The position numbers and the translations under genes were made by a program. 64,000 nt of DNA, from contig QBZY01000001.1 in assembly GCA_003282155.1 (NCBI GenBank), positions 18,917-82,916 of the forward strand. Direction: 5' to 3'. Below the pieces are notes generated by a model. That model did not search any database. It was not told where the DNA came from and saw only the letters and a list, made by a program, of their open reading frames with translations. The DNA comes from Pelagibacteraceae bacterium AG-337-I02. GTDB taxonomy: Bacteria; Pseudomonadota; Alphaproteobacteria; HIMB59; GCA-002718135. Positions 1-10,538 of this stretch are shown in pieces. Each line of letters begins with the position of its first letter. Positions within the stretch are counted from its first letter, which is position 1.

Positions 1-1215
1 GGTATTTTCTAAACCTGTTTTTCTTCTTGTTAGTTCTCTCGCTTTCCTTGCAGCTTCTCTTGCATTTGAAGCTTCTATTATCTTATCAATTACTTTCTTA
101 ATTTCAGATGGATTTTCCTCTATCCACTGTTCTAATTTATTTAGACTAGTGGATTCAATAACTGGCCTAACTTCAGAAGAAACAAGTTTATCTTTAGTTT
201 GACTTGAAAATTTAGGATCTGGTAATTTTACTGATATTATACATGTTAATCCTTCTCGAGCATCTTCCCCGCTAATATTACTAGCGTTTTTTACATTCTT
301 ATTTATATGATTCACTATTGATCTAGTAAGAGCACCTCTAAAACCAGCTAAATGAGTACCTCCATCCCTTTGGATAATATTGTTCGTAAAACAAATTGTA
401 TTTTCATGATAGCTATCAGTCCATTGCAATGAACACTCAATTGAAATATCATTTTTTTCTCCATGAAAATATATTGGATTAGAGTTAATTAGATTCTTAC
501 CATCATTTAAATATTTAACATATTCTTTAATACCACCATCATATTTAAAATTAACATTTTTTTCTTCAGATTGCCTATTGTCAGTTAGAAAAATGCTTAT
601 ACCTGTGTTTAAGAATGCTAGTTCTCTAAGTCTTTTCTCTATTGTTTTAAAATTGAAATTAATATCTTTAAAAATTTTTGTAGTTGGAAGAAAGGTAATT
701 TTAGTGCCAGTAAAAAATTGGTTATTAATTTTTTGTGAATCACCAATTATATTTAGTTCTTTACTTACTATTCCATTTTCAAATTCGATATTGTGTACTT
801 TTCCATCTCTATTTATTTCTAAATTTAGATTTTCAGATAAGGCATTTACAACTGAAACCCCAACGCCATGTAGTCCTCCTGATACCTTATAACTATTTTG
901 ATCAAATTTACCTCCTGCATGTAACTCAGTCATAATTAGCTGTGCTGCAGGTATTTTTTCTGTTTTATGAAGATCTACGGGTATTCCTCTACCGTTATCC
1001 GTTATTGTAGCAGTGCCATCGGTGTTTAATATTACTTCAATTTTATCACAATAGCCTGCTAATGCTTCATCTATAGAATTATCAAGCACTTCATATATCA
1101 TTTGGTGTAAACCTGATCCGTCGTCAGTATCACCAATATACATACCAGGTCTTTTTCGAACAGCTTCTAGACCTTTAAGTACTTTAATTGAATCGGAAGA
1201 ATATTCGGAATTCAT
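1..1215 (-). CDS. gyrB: DNA gyrase subunit B, N-terminal ~405 codons; the 3' end runs off the window
   Basis: Absent from the ORF track because it has no stop inside the window. My minus-strand translation from the ATG at 1215-1213 reads MNSEYSSDSIKVLKGLEAVRKRPGMYIGDTDDGSGLHQMIYEVLDN..., the GHKL ATPase N-terminus of GyrB. Its ATG overlaps the recF stop (ATGA). Confidence 0.93.
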   Translation of the reverse strand, partial: MNSEYSSDSIKVLKGLEAVRKRPGMYIGDTDDGSGLHQMIYEVLDNSIDEALAGYCDKIEVILNTDGTATITDNGRGIPVDLHKTEKIPAAQLIMTELHAGGKFDQNSYKVSGGLHGVGVSVVNALSENLNLEINRDGKVHNIEFENGIVSKELNIIGDSQKINNQFFTGTKITFLPTTKIFKDINFNFKTIEKRLRELAFLNTGISIFLTDNRQSEEKNVNFKYDGGIKEYVKYLNDGKNLINSNPIYFHGEKNDISIECSLQWTDSYHENTICFTNNIIQRDGGTHLAGFRGALTRSIVNHINKNVKNASNISGEDAREGLTCIISVKLPDPKFSSQTKDKLVSSEVRPVIESTSLNKLEQWIEENPSEIKKVIDKIIEASNAREAARKARELTRRKTGLENT

Positions 1216-2300
1216 AATTTAGTTATATTATAAAATTGTGCATTTGTTGACACAAAAGAAAACAAATTTTTATCATTGCCGGTCAAAAAAAATTGAATTT
1301 CAAATCTGTTAATCATGTCCAATAAAATTTGACGATTATGCTTATCTAAATGTGATCCAATTTCATCAAATAAAAATATTGGGTTTATTTTTTTATGATT
1401 TACTAAATAATTGCATTGAGCTAACAAAACCATCAAAACAATTGTTTTCTGTTGTCCTGTAGATAATAAAGATGACTCAAATTCATTATTAACAATTGAG
1501 ATAATGTCTGATTTATGAGGTCCAAATTTAGTTCCCCCAAATTGCTTATCATATACACGTGATTTTCGTAGATTTAACAAATATTCTTCAAAATTAATTT
1601 CATTATTTACAAAATCATCCTTTATTTCTAATTTAACATCAAATTGAAAATTATGGTCATTTTTCATATTATTTAACTCAATATTTAGAATATTTAGTTG
1701 TAAATCTCTTAACTTATATATTTCTAATCCTAATGAACATATTTCGTTTTCAATACGATTTAACCAATCATCATCAATTTTATAAGATTGAAGTATTCTA
1801 TTTCTTTCAAATAAAGATTTTTTATATTTATTAATCAATTTGTTATAATCATTTCTGCTAGAAAAAATTAATCTATCTAAAAAATTTCTTCGATAAGAAG
1901 GTGATGCTTGAAATAATCTTTCCATCTCAGGTAAAAATATTAGGTAAGAAATAGATTGATTTAAAAAATTTAGAGAATCTTTTGATGAATCGTTATTTAT
2001 TTTAATTACTTTTTTAAATTTCTCATTTTTTTGTTCAGTAAATATTTCTATATTAAAGTCATTTTTTTGTATTTCAATATTATTTTTTATCAAAAAATTG
2101 TCTTCTTTTTTTTTTATTAAATTAATAATATTTGAATTTCTTATTCCTTTGCCTTTCACATTTAAAGATATACCCTCTAAGATGTTAGTTTTACCGCAAC
2201 CATTATCACCGAATAAAATATTTAGTTTTTCGTCAAATGAAGTTTTAAAATTTTTAAAATTTCTAAAATTATAAAATTCAATATTTTTTATTTTTGCCAA
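1212..2300 (-). CDS. recF: DNA replication/repair protein RecF
   Basis: 362 aa with Walker A GDNGCGKTN near the N-terminus. Sits in the classic position between dnaN and gyrB. Confidence 0.92.
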   Translation of the reverse strand: MAKIKNIEFYNFRNFKNFKTSFDEKLNILFGDNGCGKTNILEGISLNVKGKGIRNSNIINLIKKKEDNFLIKNNIEIQKNDFNIEIFTEQKNEKFKKVIKINNDSSKDSLNFLNQSISYLIFLPEMERLFQASPSYRRNFLDRLIFSSRNDYNKLINKYKKSLFERNRILQSYKIDDDWLNRIENEICSLGLEIYKLRDLQLNILNIELNNMKNDHNFQFDVKLEIKDDFVNNEINFEEYLLNLRKSRVYDKQFGGTKFGPHKSDIISIVNNEFESSLLSTGQQKTIVLMVLLAQCNYLVNHKKINPIFLFDEIGSHLDKHNRQILLDMINRFEIQFFLTGNDKNLFSFVSTNAQFYNITKL

Positions 2301-2303
2301 ATT

Positions 2304-3419
2304 TTAAACTCTCATTGGCATCAAAACATATACGAGATTAGTATTTGAATTCTCCTGAGCAATAACAGGGGATGTATTATCCTTTAAATTGATTGATATC
2401 TCATTATCTTCTAAATTATTAACTATATCCATAATATATTTCGAATTAAATCCTATTTCAATTTCATCTCCTTCATAACTAATATCTAAATCTTCCGATG
2501 CAGTACTACTTTCTGTATTAATTGTATTTAAATTAAGAACATTTTGTAATAATTTAAATTTTATTACCGGAGATTTTTCATTAGCAATTGTGCTTACTCT
2601 ATCTACAGCCGATAATAATTTGTCTCTATTTATTTTTAGAATATTTTTATTATCATTTGGAATTACCCTTTTATAATCAGGAAAACTTCCATCAATTAAT
2701 TTAGATATAAAAATTAAATCTCCAACAATGAAAACTATCTTATTTGAACTTATTGATATATTTACATCATTATCAAACTCAGATAACAATTTTGAAAGTT
2801 CGTAAATTGTTTTTTTAGGTATAATCACTCCAGAAACTTGGTCAATTTGTTCATTAATTTCGTGGCTAAACTTAGCTAACCGATGACCATCAGTCCCAAC
2901 TAATGTTACAATTTTTTTATCATCTTCATTGGTAATATTAAAATATAGACCATTTAAAAAATATCTTGTTTCTTCATTTGAAATAGCGAATTTAGTTTTG
3001 TCTATTAATTTGAAAAGAATTTTTGAGTTCAAAATAATATCTATTCCTGAGTTATCTTTTTCAATTATTGGAAAATCTTCTTTCGGAAGGCATGCAAGTG
3101 AGAATCTTGATCCTTCTGATCTCAATGTAAGCAATTTACCATTATTTGAAATAATTTCTATTTCACTATTTTCATCAATTTTTCTAACAATATCATATAG
3201 TATCTGTGAATTAATTGTTGTTGCTCCATCTTCCAAAACATCGCAACCAATCTTTTCAATAATTGAAATATCCATATCTGTAGATGAAAGAATTAAATGA
3301 TTATCTTTAGCTTCGATTAAAATATTTGCTAAGATTGGTAGAGAATTCTTTTTGTCAACAATACCTTGTAAATGAGAAAGTGTTTTGAAAAAGTTTGATC
3401 GTGATATTTTAAATTTCAT
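2304..3419 (-). CDS. dnaN: DNA polymerase III beta sliding clamp
   Basis: 371 aa, typical clamp length, with the C-terminal ...VLMPMRV ending. dnaA-dnaN-recF synteny. Confidence 0.95.
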   Translation of the reverse strand: MKFKISRSNFFKTLSHLQGIVDKKNSLPILANILIEAKDNHLILSSTDMDISIIEKIGCDVLEDGATTINSQILYDIVRKIDENSEIEIISNNGKLLTLRSEGSRFSLACLPKEDFPIIEKDNSGIDIILNSKILFKLIDKTKFAISNEETRYFLNGLYFNITNEDDKKIVTLVGTDGHRLAKFSHEINEQIDQVSGVIIPKKTIYELSKLLSEFDNDVNISISSNKIVFIVGDLIFISKLIDGSFPDYKRVIPNDNKNILKINRDKLLSAVDRVSTIANEKSPVIKFKLLQNVLNLNTINTESSTASEDLDISYEGDEIEIGFNSKYIMDIVNNLEDNEISINLKDNTSPVIAQENSNTNLVYVLMPMRV

Positions 3420-3442
3420 ACCTAAGCATATGATAAAAAAAA

Positions 3443-4837
3443 TTAAGAATCTATAAGTCTTTTCAATAATTCTAGATCTTCATTAAAATTAACATCTGAT
3501 AACTTAAGTTCTTCAATTTTTTTAACAGCATGCATTACAGTTGTATGATCTCTCCCTCCAAATTTTCTACCTATTTCTGGTAATGATCTTGAAGTAATTG
3601 ATTTAGCTAAGTACATTGCTATTTGTCTTGGTCTAGCAACAGATCTGGATCTTCTAGGTGAATGCATATCTGTAATTCTGATATTAAAATGCTCTGCAAC
3701 TTTTTTTTGTATTTCCTCAATTGTAATTTTCTTATTAGACGACTTTAACAAATCTTGAAGTACTAGTTGAGCTGTTTCTACAGAAATTGGAGTTCCAACT
3801 AGCGTAGCATGAGCCACTAACCTATTTAGTGCTCCCTCCATTTCTCTTACATTTGAAATAATTCTATGAGATAAAAATTCTAAAACCTTTGGGGGTATTT
3901 CTACTCCTCTTTTCTGAGCTTTTTCAATTAGAATACCAAGTCTCAATTCATAAGTTGTAGGATGGATATCTGCTACTAATCCACACCCAAGTCTGGATTT
4001 TAATCTTTCTTGTACTCCATCAAGATCTGTAGGAGTTTTATCTGCAGAAATTACAATTTGTTTATTTTGCTCAATTAATGCATTAAAAGTATGAAAAAAT
4101 TCTTCTTGGGTATTATCCTTCCCACTTATAAACTGTACATCATCAATCATTAGGACATCAATCGATCTGAATTGTTCTTTAAAAGCAGATGTATCTTTAT
4201 ATCTTAAAGCTCTTACAAATTGATACATAAACTTCTCTGCTGAAAGATAAATTACTTTTCTATCTGGTTTCTGTTGTTTTATTTTCCATCCAATAGCATG
4301 CATCAAGTGAGTTTTCCCCAAACCAACTCCACCACATAAAAAGAGTGGATTGAAAGTTATTTTATTTGCTTCAGAAACTCTTTGGGAAGCAGCAAATGCA
4401 AGTTCGTTAGGCTTTCCAACAACAAAATTTTCAAATGTAAATCTAGGATCAAGCGGTGCTCCAAATTCATTGGGATAATTTGAAGATTGATTAGATCTTA
4501 GATCCATTGTTGATTTCCAATGATTATCAGTACTCTTAATAGTACGTGTGGTTCCAGGAACTATCCTACCTCCGTTTGGTTTTACAACAAATTTGATAGT
4601 ATCTACATTTTCAACATGTTTTTTTGCTTCTCTTTTAATTTTGTCCGAGTAATTATTAACGATCCAATCTCTTAAAAACTTAGTAGGAACAGAGAATGTA
4701 ATTATTGTTTCATCTACAGAAACATAATTTAGGTGTTTTAACCAGTTATTAAAAGCTGAATCACCAACATTTTTTTTAAGATTTTTTTTAAAGGATAACC
4801 ATTTACTTTCGTCAAACTTAGTAGATGTATTATCCAT
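3443..4837 (-). CDS. dnaA: Chromosomal replication initiator DnaA
   Basis: 464 aa. AAA+ Walker A GGVGLGKTHL, Walker B LMIDDVQF, and a C-terminal DNA-binding helix ...GGRDHTTVMHA. Confidence 0.97.
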   Translation of the reverse strand: MDNTSTKFDESKWLSFKKNLKKNVGDSAFNNWLKHLNYVSVDETIITFSVPTKFLRDWIVNNYSDKIKREAKKHVENVDTIKFVVKPNGGRIVPGTTRTIKSTDNHWKSTMDLRSNQSSNYPNEFGAPLDPRFTFENFVVGKPNELAFAASQRVSEANKITFNPLFLCGGVGLGKTHLMHAIGWKIKQQKPDRKVIYLSAEKFMYQFVRALRYKDTSAFKEQFRSIDVLMIDDVQFISGKDNTQEEFFHTFNALIEQNKQIVISADKTPTDLDGVQERLKSRLGCGLVADIHPTTYELRLGILIEKAQKRGVEIPPKVLEFLSHRIISNVREMEGALNRLVAHATLVGTPISVETAQLVLQDLLKSSNKKITIEEIQKKVAEHFNIRITDMHSPRRSRSVARPRQIAMYLAKSITSRSLPEIGRKFGGRDHTTVMHAVKKIEELKLSDVNFNEDLELLKRLIDS

Positions 4838-4980
4838 TTTCCCCCAACAAAACGATTTTTTGCTTAATAAACTTTACGAAAAAAATCAAAAGCCGTAAAA
4901 TTGAATCACCAAATTAAATACTTAATGAACACCCTTTAAGTATTTTTAGCAAGAAGAAAAGTAAAAAAGATTAAAAAAAA

Positions 4981-5241
4981 TTATTTTTTTGAAATTTGTT
5001 TTGATAAAGAGGATAACTTTCTGGATATGTATTCTTTTTTAAAAATACCTTTTTTTGTAGCTCTGGCCATTATTGAGTTGATGCTGCTAAAAGATTTTTG
5101 AATTTCTTCCTCATTTTTTGCATTGACCGACGATCTGAATTTATTTAGAGCGTTTCTAAACTTGGACAAGTATTGAGAATTAACAGTATTTCTAGTTTTG
5201 TTCTGTCTTGATCTTTTTTTTGCAGAAATATGATTGGCCAT
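4981..5241 (-). CDS. rpsT: 30S ribosomal protein S20
   Basis: 86 aa, highly basic, MANHISAKKR... N-terminus. rpsT-dnaA adjacency is typical of alphaproteobacteria. Confidence 0.92.
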   Translation of the reverse strand: MANHISAKKRSRQNKTRNTVNSQYLSKFRNALNKFRSSVNAKNEEEIQKSFSSINSIMARATKKGIFKKEYISRKLSSLSKQISKK

Positions 5242-5293
5242 ATGAGTGCTATAAATTCAAAATAAATTAAGTCAATTAATATTTAATATCTAA

Positions 5294-6112
5294 TTACTTA
5301 TTATTTTGAAGTTTTGGGCAATAAAAAGTAGATCTTCCATACTGAAAAATCTTTTTGACCTCGTCATCACCTATTTTTTTTCCTTCTTTATTATAAACTT
5401 TAAAATTAGACTGAAAATTTCCTAATGTGCCATCAGTTGACCTATAATCTCGTATACTCGAACCCCCATATTTAATTGCTTTCTTCAAAATTTTTCTAGT
5501 AGACTTAATTAGTTTCATAATGAGACTAATTTTTAAATCCTTACCCAAAGTAAGTGGTGAAATTTTAGAATCAAATAGAATTTCCGATGCATAGATATTA
5601 CCTATACCTGCTATTAATTTTTGATTGAGTAAAATCTGCTTTATTGGAACTTCAGATTTTGAAATTTTTTTAAATATCATTTGTGCAGTAAGATCTGGGC
5701 TCAGTGCATCTACACCCAAACTTAATATATACTTTTGTTTTTGTAGATCTTTTGTTCGTATTATGTCTATAAATCCAAATTTCCTTGGATCATGATAAAT
5801 AAGTATCTTTTTACTTAAAAAGTATAAAACAAAATGATCATGTTTTATTCTTTTGTAGTTTATATCGACAGTTTTTAATCTTCCTGACATTCCTAAGTGT
5901 ATTACAAGAGAATAATCTATATCTAAATCTATAATAATGAATTTTGCTATACGTCTTAGGTTGGATATCTTAGAGTTACGTAGTATATTAATTATATTAT
6001 TAGGAATTTTAAAACGCAGTTTTGATGTATGAATTTTGACATTAGATATTTTTTGATTCAATACTACACTAAGTCCTTTAACTGTAGTTTCAACCTCAGG
6101 TAATTCTGGCAT
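5294..6112 (-). CDS. mutM: Formamidopyrimidine-DNA glycosylase (Fpg/MutM) with a degenerate, zinc-less C-terminal finger
   Basis: Catalytic N-terminus MPELPEVE and an H2TH region (GIGNIYASEILF). The C-terminus keeps only 1 of the 4 zinc-finger cysteines (see findings). Confidence 0.88.
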   Translation of the reverse strand: MPELPEVETTVKGLSVVLNQKISNVKIHTSKLRFKIPNNIINILRNSKISNLRRIAKFIIIDLDIDYSLVIHLGMSGRLKTVDINYKRIKHDHFVLYFLSKKILIYHDPRKFGFIDIIRTKDLQKQKYILSLGVDALSPDLTAQMIFKKISKSEVPIKQILLNQKLIAGIGNIYASEILFDSKISPLTLGKDLKISLIMKLIKSTRKILKKAIKYGGSSIRDYRSTDGTLGNFQSNFKVYNKEGKKIGDDEVKKIFQYGRSTFYCPKLQNNK

Positions 6113-6113
6113 A

Positions 6114-6845
6114 ATGAAAAAAGATTATAATTTTGGTTATACAAAAGTAAATTCAAAACAAAAGACTAAACTTGTTCAAGATGTTTTTTCAAGTGTAGCC
6201 CCAAGCTACGATGTAATGAATGACTTAATGAGCTTAGGCATGCATAGATTATGGAAGAAGAGATTTGTGGAGATTATGGACATAAAAAGAAATGAAATTA
6301 TTCTGGATGTTGGCTCGGGATCTGGTGATATTGCTATGGAGATTTTAAAAGAAAAATTAACAACTAGTCTTTATCTTTTAGATCTAAATGAAGAAATGTT
6401 ATCAGAAGGAAAAAAAAGATTAAAAAAAAAACAAAATATAAAATATTTTATTGGGAATGCTGAAAAATTAAATTTTAATAACAATTTTTTTGATAAATAT
6501 GTAATCTCATTTTGCCTAAGAAATATAACTGAATATCAATTATCTTTAAAAGAAGCCTACAGAGTTCTTAAACCTGGCGGAAAATATTGTTGTTTAGAAT
6601 TTAGTACACCTAAATCATCTTTGATATCTAGTTCATATAAAATTTACAAGTCAAAAATTTTACCTCTGTTGGGAGAAATAGTTGCTAAAGAAAAAAATGC
6701 TTATAAATATTTGAGTGAAAGTATTGATTTATTTCCATCTCAGGAAGAACTTAGCCATAATCTCGAAGATTGCGGGTTTACGAGAGTTGATACTATTAAT
6801 TTATTTAATGGAATTGTAGCCATACATACTGGATATAAAGTGTAA
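6114..6845 (+). CDS. ubiE: Ubiquinone/menaquinone biosynthesis C-methyltransferase UbiE
   Basis: YDVMNDLMSLGMHRLWKK signature plus SAM motif LDVGSGSGD. 243 aa. Confidence 0.9.
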   Translation: MKKDYNFGYTKVNSKQKTKLVQDVFSSVAPSYDVMNDLMSLGMHRLWKKRFVEIMDIKRNEIILDVGSGSGDIAMEILKEKLTTSLYLLDLNEEMLSEGKKRLKKKQNIKYFIGNAEKLNFNNNFFDKYVISFCLRNITEYQLSLKEAYRVLKPGGKYCCLEFSTPKSSLISSSYKIYKSKILPLLGEIVAKEKNAYKYLSESIDLFPSQEELSHNLEDCGFTRVDTINLFNGIVAIHTGYKV

Positions 6846-8014
6846 TGAAAAAAGTTTTATTGATAATAACCGGCTCTATTGCTGCATCTAGATGCAAAGA
6901 AATTATTACTTTACTTCATAATAAAGAAGTTAAAACTTGCTGCATACTTACTAAAGAAGCAAAAAAATATGTAAAAATAGCAGATATCAATAAATTACTT
7001 AAAAATAGAATATTTACTGATCAAGATGAAAAAAAAAATAAAATGCTTCATATTAATTTATCAAGAGATAATGATATGGTAGTTGTATGTCCGGCTACCG
7101 CTAATTCTATTGCTAAGTTTGCTAATGGATATGGAGATAATTTAGCATCCAATACCTTGCTTGCTTCTAATAAAAAAATTTTGTTTGCCCCGGCAATGAA
7201 TAGTTTTATGTGGCAAAATAAAATTAATCAAAAAAATGTGAGATTATTAAAAGATATTGGTCATGAGTTTATTGGTCCAAAAGTTGGAAATTTAAAATGT
7301 GGAGAATTTGGTTTAGGCAGAATTGATAACTCAAAAAAAATAGTAAATAGAATTTTAAGTAGACTAGAAAATATTAATTTATTAAAAAATAAAAAATGTT
7401 TAGTAACTGCAGGTCCAACAATTGAAATGATTGATCCAATTAGGTTTATTTCCAATCAATCTTCTGGAAAACAAGGCTATGAAATTGCTTCGCAACTTGT
7501 TTTGTATGGAGCGAAAGTAACCTTGATATCTGGGCCCACAAATCTAGACCCTCCACCAAATTTGAAATTTATTCAAATTAAATCTGCAAACGAAATGTAT
7601 CAAAAAATTAGAAAAATTTCTAATATTGATATAGGAATTTTTACTGCTGCAGTATCTGATTTCAAAAATAAAAATATCAATAAAACTAAGATTAAAAAAA
7701 ATAAAAAATTAAATATTAGTCTTTATAAAAATATTGATATTTTAGAAAAAATTGGAAAAAGTAAAACTCAAAGGCCTAAATTTTTGGTGGGTTTTGCAGC
7801 TGAAACAGGGAGTGTAAATAATGCCAAAAAAAAATTAGAAGATAAAAAATGTGATATGATTGTTTACAATAAAATCTATAGTAAAAATAAAGTTTTTGGT
7901 TCAGATTATAATCAGATATCAATAATCACAAAGACACAGATAAAAAAATTTAAGAAAATGACAAAGGTAAATTGTGCAAAGCAAATTATAAAACAAATTT
8001 ATAATACTATATAG
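6845..8014 (+). CDS. coaBC: Bifunctional phosphopantothenoylcysteine decarboxylase / phosphopantothenate-cysteine ligase
   Basis: 389 aa. N-terminal flavoprotein domain (LLIITGSIAA, PATANSIAK) and a C-terminal CoaB domain. 1-nt TAATG overlap with ubiE. Confidence 0.88.
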   Translation: MKKVLLIITGSIAASRCKEIITLLHNKEVKTCCILTKEAKKYVKIADINKLLKNRIFTDQDEKKNKMLHINLSRDNDMVVVCPATANSIAKFANGYGDNLASNTLLASNKKILFAPAMNSFMWQNKINQKNVRLLKDIGHEFIGPKVGNLKCGEFGLGRIDNSKKIVNRILSRLENINLLKNKKCLVTAGPTIEMIDPIRFISNQSSGKQGYEIASQLVLYGAKVTLISGPTNLDPPPNLKFIQIKSANEMYQKIRKISNIDIGIFTAAVSDFKNKNINKTKIKKNKKLNISLYKNIDILEKIGKSKTQRPKFLVGFAAETGSVNNAKKKLEDKKCDMIVYNKIYSKNKVFGSDYNQISIITKTQIKKFKKMTKVNCAKQIIKQIYNTI

Positions 8015-8018
8015 AGTT

Positions 8019-8771
8019 ATGAATATTTATTCCGAAGAAGAATATAAAATTTTTAGCAGATTATTTATTTTAAATGAATTTTCTGAAAAAAACCTAAAAA
8101 AATTATCTAAAATAAAAATTGGTATTGTTGGTATGGGAGGTATTGGATGTCCTTTAAGTCAATATTTAGTAAATTCTGGAATTAAAGAATTATTAATAGC
8201 AGATGGAGACATTGTTGAAAAAAGTAATCTTAACAGACAAATTTTGTTTAATTTAAATGATATTGGAAAAAAAAAAGTTGATGTAGCAAAATACAGATTA
8301 AAACTAATCAATGCTGAATGTAAAATTAATACTATTAATGAAAATATTAATTCTTTAAATTTAAATTCTTTAAAAGAATGTTCTATAATCGTTGATGCAA
8401 CTGATGATTGGTTCAGTTCTAAATTATTAAATGAATATTGTCTTAAAAACTCAATCAATTTTTTATACTCCTCTGCATTAAGACATGATTTACAAATAAT
8501 TCTTTTCAATAATTCAAATAAAAATAATCATCTATGTTTAAATTGTATATTTCCTAACAAAGATGATGTTGATCTTCCTAGATGTAGTGTAGTGGGTATT
8601 TCAGGTATTTCTGCAGGGTTAGCAGGGTTGATTGCTGCACAAAAAATAATTAATTTTTATTTAAATCTAAAGGATGAAACTAATATAATAACAATTTCTG
8701 ATGGGAAAAAGTTAAACATTGAAAATATTATTATTAAAAGTAAACATGATTGTCATTTAAATTTAGTTTAA
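8019..8771 (+). CDS. ThiF/MoeB/HesA-family E1-like adenylyltransferase
   Basis: Nucleotide-binding loop VGMGGIGC, the NLNRQ motif and CxxC cysteines. 250 aa. The specific pathway is not assignable from sequence. Confidence 0.72.
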   Translation: MNIYSEEEYKIFSRLFILNEFSEKNLKKLSKIKIGIVGMGGIGCPLSQYLVNSGIKELLIADGDIVEKSNLNRQILFNLNDIGKKKVDVAKYRLKLINAECKINTINENINSLNLNSLKECSIIVDATDDWFSSKLLNEYCLKNSINFLYSSALRHDLQIILFNNSNKNNHLCLNCIFPNKDDVDLPRCSVVGISGISAGLAGLIAAQKIINFYLNLKDETNIITISDGKKLNIENIIIKSKHDCHLNLV

Positions 8772-8810
8772 GTTAATTGATAAATATATAAAAAAAGTTT
8801 AATTAAGATT

Positions 8811-9317
8811 ATGAAACAAAATTCATTTACCTACGATCAATTAATTGATTGTGCCAAAGGTGTGCTTTTTGGAAAAGGGAATGCACAACTTCCAATGCCT
8901 CCTATGTTAATGTTTGATAGAATTAGTTCAATAAATGAGAATGGTGGAGTATTCTCTAAGGGTGAGGTTATTGCAGAATTAGATATTAGAGAAGACTTAT
9001 GGTTTTTTGAATGTCATTTTAAAGATGATCCGGTAATGCCAGGTTGTTTAGGTTTAGATGCTATGTGGCAATTACTTGGTTTTTATTTAGGATGGCTTGG
9101 CCAACCAGGAAAGGGTAGAGCTTTAGGAGTTGGTGAAGTTAAATTTACAGGTCAGGTATTACAAAAAGTCAAAAAAGTAACGTATCATATATCTCTTAAA
9201 AGACTTATACTGAGAAAATTGATTTTAGGAGTTGGAGATGGGGTTTTAAAAGCCGACGGAGAAACAATATATGAAGCTAAAGATATGAAAGTTGGTTTAT
9301 TTTCATCTGAGAAATAA
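8811..9317 (+). CDS. fabA: 3-hydroxydecanoyl-ACP dehydratase/isomerase
   Basis: Active-site block [24 protein letters not shown]. 168 aa. Followed by fabB. Confidence 0.93.
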   Translation: MKQNSFTYDQLIDCAKGVLFGKGNAQLPMPPMLMFDRISSINENGGVFSKGEVIAELDIREDLWFFECHFKDDPVMPGCLGLDAMWQLLGFYLGWLGQPGKGRALGVGEVKFTGQVLQKVKKVTYHISLKRLILRKLILGVGDGVLKADGETIYEAKDMKVGLFSSEK

Positions 9318-9320
9318 GTA

Positions 9321-10538
9321 ATGAATAGAGTAGTAGTAACAGGTTTAGGTATAGTATCATGCATTGGTAATAATCAACTGGATGTTATAGACAGTCTTAA
9401 GAATTTGAAATCTGGGATAACTAGTGCAGGAGAATATGAGGAGTTTTCGTTTAGAAGTCTTGTGCACGGTAAACCAAACATAGATATTAGTAACGAAATA
9501 GATAGAAGATTACTCAGGTTTATGGGTGACGGGGCTGCCTACAACTATATTGCGATGAAAGATGCTATAGAAGACTCTGGGCTAGAGGATATTGATATTT
9601 CAAATGAAATGACTGGTATAATTGTTGGTTCAGGGGGTCCATCTACGCAAAATTTATTTAAGTCTTCTGAAATTGGAAAAAGTTCAGGTTCAAAAAAAAT
9701 TGGGCCATTTATGGTGCCAAGAGCGATGTCTAGTACAAATTCTGCAACGCTTGCAACTCCTTTTAAAATTAAAGGTGTTAACTATTCAATTACTTCAGCT
9801 TGCTCTACGAGTTCTCACTGTATTGGTAATGCGTATGAACTAATTCAGATGGGGAAACAAAATATTGTTTTTGCTGGAGGAGGTGAAGAGCTTCATTGGA
9901 CTTTATCAATTTTATTTGATGCAATGGGTGCTTTGTCATCAAAATATAATTCTACTCCTGACAAATCTTCAAGGGCATATGATGCAGATAGAGATGGTTT
10001 TGTAATTGCTGGTGGAGGTGGGACTTTAGTACTTGAGGAACTTGAGCATGCAAAAGCTAGAGGTGCTAAAATATATGGTGAAATAACAGGATATGGAGCA
10101 ACGTCAGATGGATACGATATGGTGCAACCTTCTGGAGAAGGAGCGGGAAGATGTATGAAACAAGCATTAAAAAAAATTGATGGTAAAATTGATTATATAA
10201 ATACACATGGAACAAGTACTCCAATAGGAGATGTGAAAGAATTGGAAGCAATCAAAAATGTTTTTGGCTCAAATATTCCAAAAATGAGCTCAACAAAATC
10301 TTTGACCGGTCATTCTTTAGGGGCAACTGGTGTGCATGAAGCAATTTATAGTTTATTGATGATGAAAAATAATTTTATTAGTGGTTCTGCTAATATTGAT
10401 AAACTCGATGATAATGCCAAGGATTGCAATATTCTTTTAAAAACAGAAAATGATATTGAAATTGAGCATGTTATGTCAAATAGTTTTGGTTTTGGTGGTA
10501 CAAATGCAACATTAGTATTTTCAAAATATCATGCTTAG
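9321..10538 (+). CDS. fabB: 3-oxoacyl-ACP synthase I
   Basis: 405 aa. Cys-His-His triad context ([25 protein letters not shown]). fabA-fabB pairing. Confidence 0.9.
   Translation: MNRVVVTGLGIVSCIGNNQLDVIDSLKNLKSGITSAGEYEEFSFRSLVHGKPNIDISNEIDRRLLRFMGDGAAYNYIAMKDAIEDSGLEDIDISNEMTGIIVGSGGPSTQNLFKSSEIGKSSGSKKIGPFMVPRAMSSTNSATLATPFKIKGVNYSITSACSTSSHCIGNAYELIQMGKQNIVFAGGGEELHWTLSILFDAMGALSSKYNSTPDKSSRAYDADRDGFVIAGGGGTLVLEELEHAKARGAKIYGEITGYGATSDGYDMVQPSGEGAGRCMKQALKKIDGKIDYINTHGTSTPIGDVKELEAIKNVFGSNIPKMSSTKSLTGHSLGATGVHEAIYSLLMMKNNFISGSANIDKLDDNAKDCNILLKTENDIEIEHVMSNSFGFGGTNATLVFSKYHA

Noticed and set aside
578-935. Two plus-strand ORFs (578-892 and 735-935), and many similar 60-125 aa ORFs elsewhere. 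Examples are 2929-3300, 13058-13321, 16400-16735, 28931-29290, 44457-44762, 52610-52876 and 63425-63637.
   Set aside because: Each lies entirely inside, and antisense to or out of frame with, a long ORF that has clear family motifs. Their translations are low-complexity with no motifs. They are shadow ORFs, expected in AT-rich or conserved genes.
4838-4980. Possible oriC in the rpsT-dnaA spacer, given the dnaA-dnaN-recF-gyrB context.
   Set aside because: I found no TTATCCACA-like DnaA boxes or clustered repeats in these 143 nt. Alphaproteobacterial origins are often located away from dnaA. A whole-genome GC-skew analysis would be needed.
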